DNA of 64,000 nucleotides from Hemiscyllium ocellatum (Eukaryota). Shown here piece by piece: positions 63,348 through 64,000 of this stretch (its first letter is position 1; each line of letters begins with the position of its first letter). The stretch covers positions 55,152,135-55,216,134 of the forward strand of contig NC_083419.1 of assembly GCF_020745735.1 (NCBI RefSeq), given 5' to 3'. Under the pieces are notes generated by a model, which had not been told where the DNA came from, did not search any database, and was given only the letters and a program-made list of their open reading frames with translations. Both the position numbers and the translations under genes were made by a program.

Positions 63348-63819
63348 TGATAGCTCTTTGTTATTTAAAGCTTGATATAAGTTAAGGTACTTAATTGGCC
63401 ATCTTGTAAAAATATTTTCATTTTATGCTGTAACCCATGGAGGAGTGGGACTTGCAACACTGTACTCCATCAGCCTCACTTATAACACATCAGAAATGTT
63501 CATGTTTGTGGTGGTATAAACATATTTGCTGTAAATTTCAGCTGCACTGGACCCTTTTTTGGGGCATTTTGGCTGGCTTTTGTGGTCCAACTTAGACTTG
63601 GATACTGCGTGATGTCTGATGGAAGTCACGCTGGTCACCATATTGGAAAGGCCTGCAGTGGGCACCCACAGTATGTTACACTGATTTAATACTAGGTGTG
63701 CCATTTGAGAGCTCAAAACTGCAGCTGATGCCTTCAATTGATCACGAACAACGTATCCAGTTGTAGTACATATGGTGTTTGTGGGTAAAAGGATACTGCT
63801 AACAAATCTTTTTCTATAG

Positions 63820-64000
63820 TGGGTGGCACGGTGGCACGGTGGTTAGTACTGCTGTCTCACAGCGTCTGAGACCCGGGTTCAATTCCCGACTCAGGCGACT
63901 GACTGTGTGGAGTTTGCACATTCTCCCCGTGTCTGCGTGGGTTTCCTCCGGGTGCTCCGGTTTCCTCCCACAGTCCAAAGATGTGCGGGTCAGGTGAATT
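63820..64000 (+). mobile_element. HE1 / V-SINE, cut by the window end
   Basis: Young consensus-like head and V-domain. Confidence 0.92.

Overview
This is eukaryotic, repeat-dense, mostly intronic or intergenic DNA from a cartilaginous fish. HE1/V-SINEs with (TAATC/TTAGA)n tails and HER1-type CR1 LINEs point to a shark, probably an orectolobiform (inference). No intact host CDS is visible, and almost all listed ORFs are decayed retroelement fragments. Content: about 14 HE1 SINEs, many CR1 pieces (one 5' half with ORF1, APE and RT), a Tx1/L1-clade LINE, an RTE fragment, decayed Gypsy gag/pro and integrase remnants, nested solo LTRs, two related minisatellites, and a CpG-richer region at 13-14 kb with a plausible minus-strand gene 5' end. 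Two things stand out. (1) About 20 short Penelope-derived insertions from at least four sequence families carry minimal type I hammerhead ribozyme motifs; several are fold-back palindromes with 10-17 bp TSDs, and many break at the 5' edge of the ribozyme. (2) A ~4.8 kb inverted duplication (19552-24321 vs 36117-41168) has junctions suggesting the 11.8 kb spacer was inverted by a two-switch event, one junction at SINE/LINE microhomology and the other inside a hammerhead element. All coordinates and alignments were read by eye.
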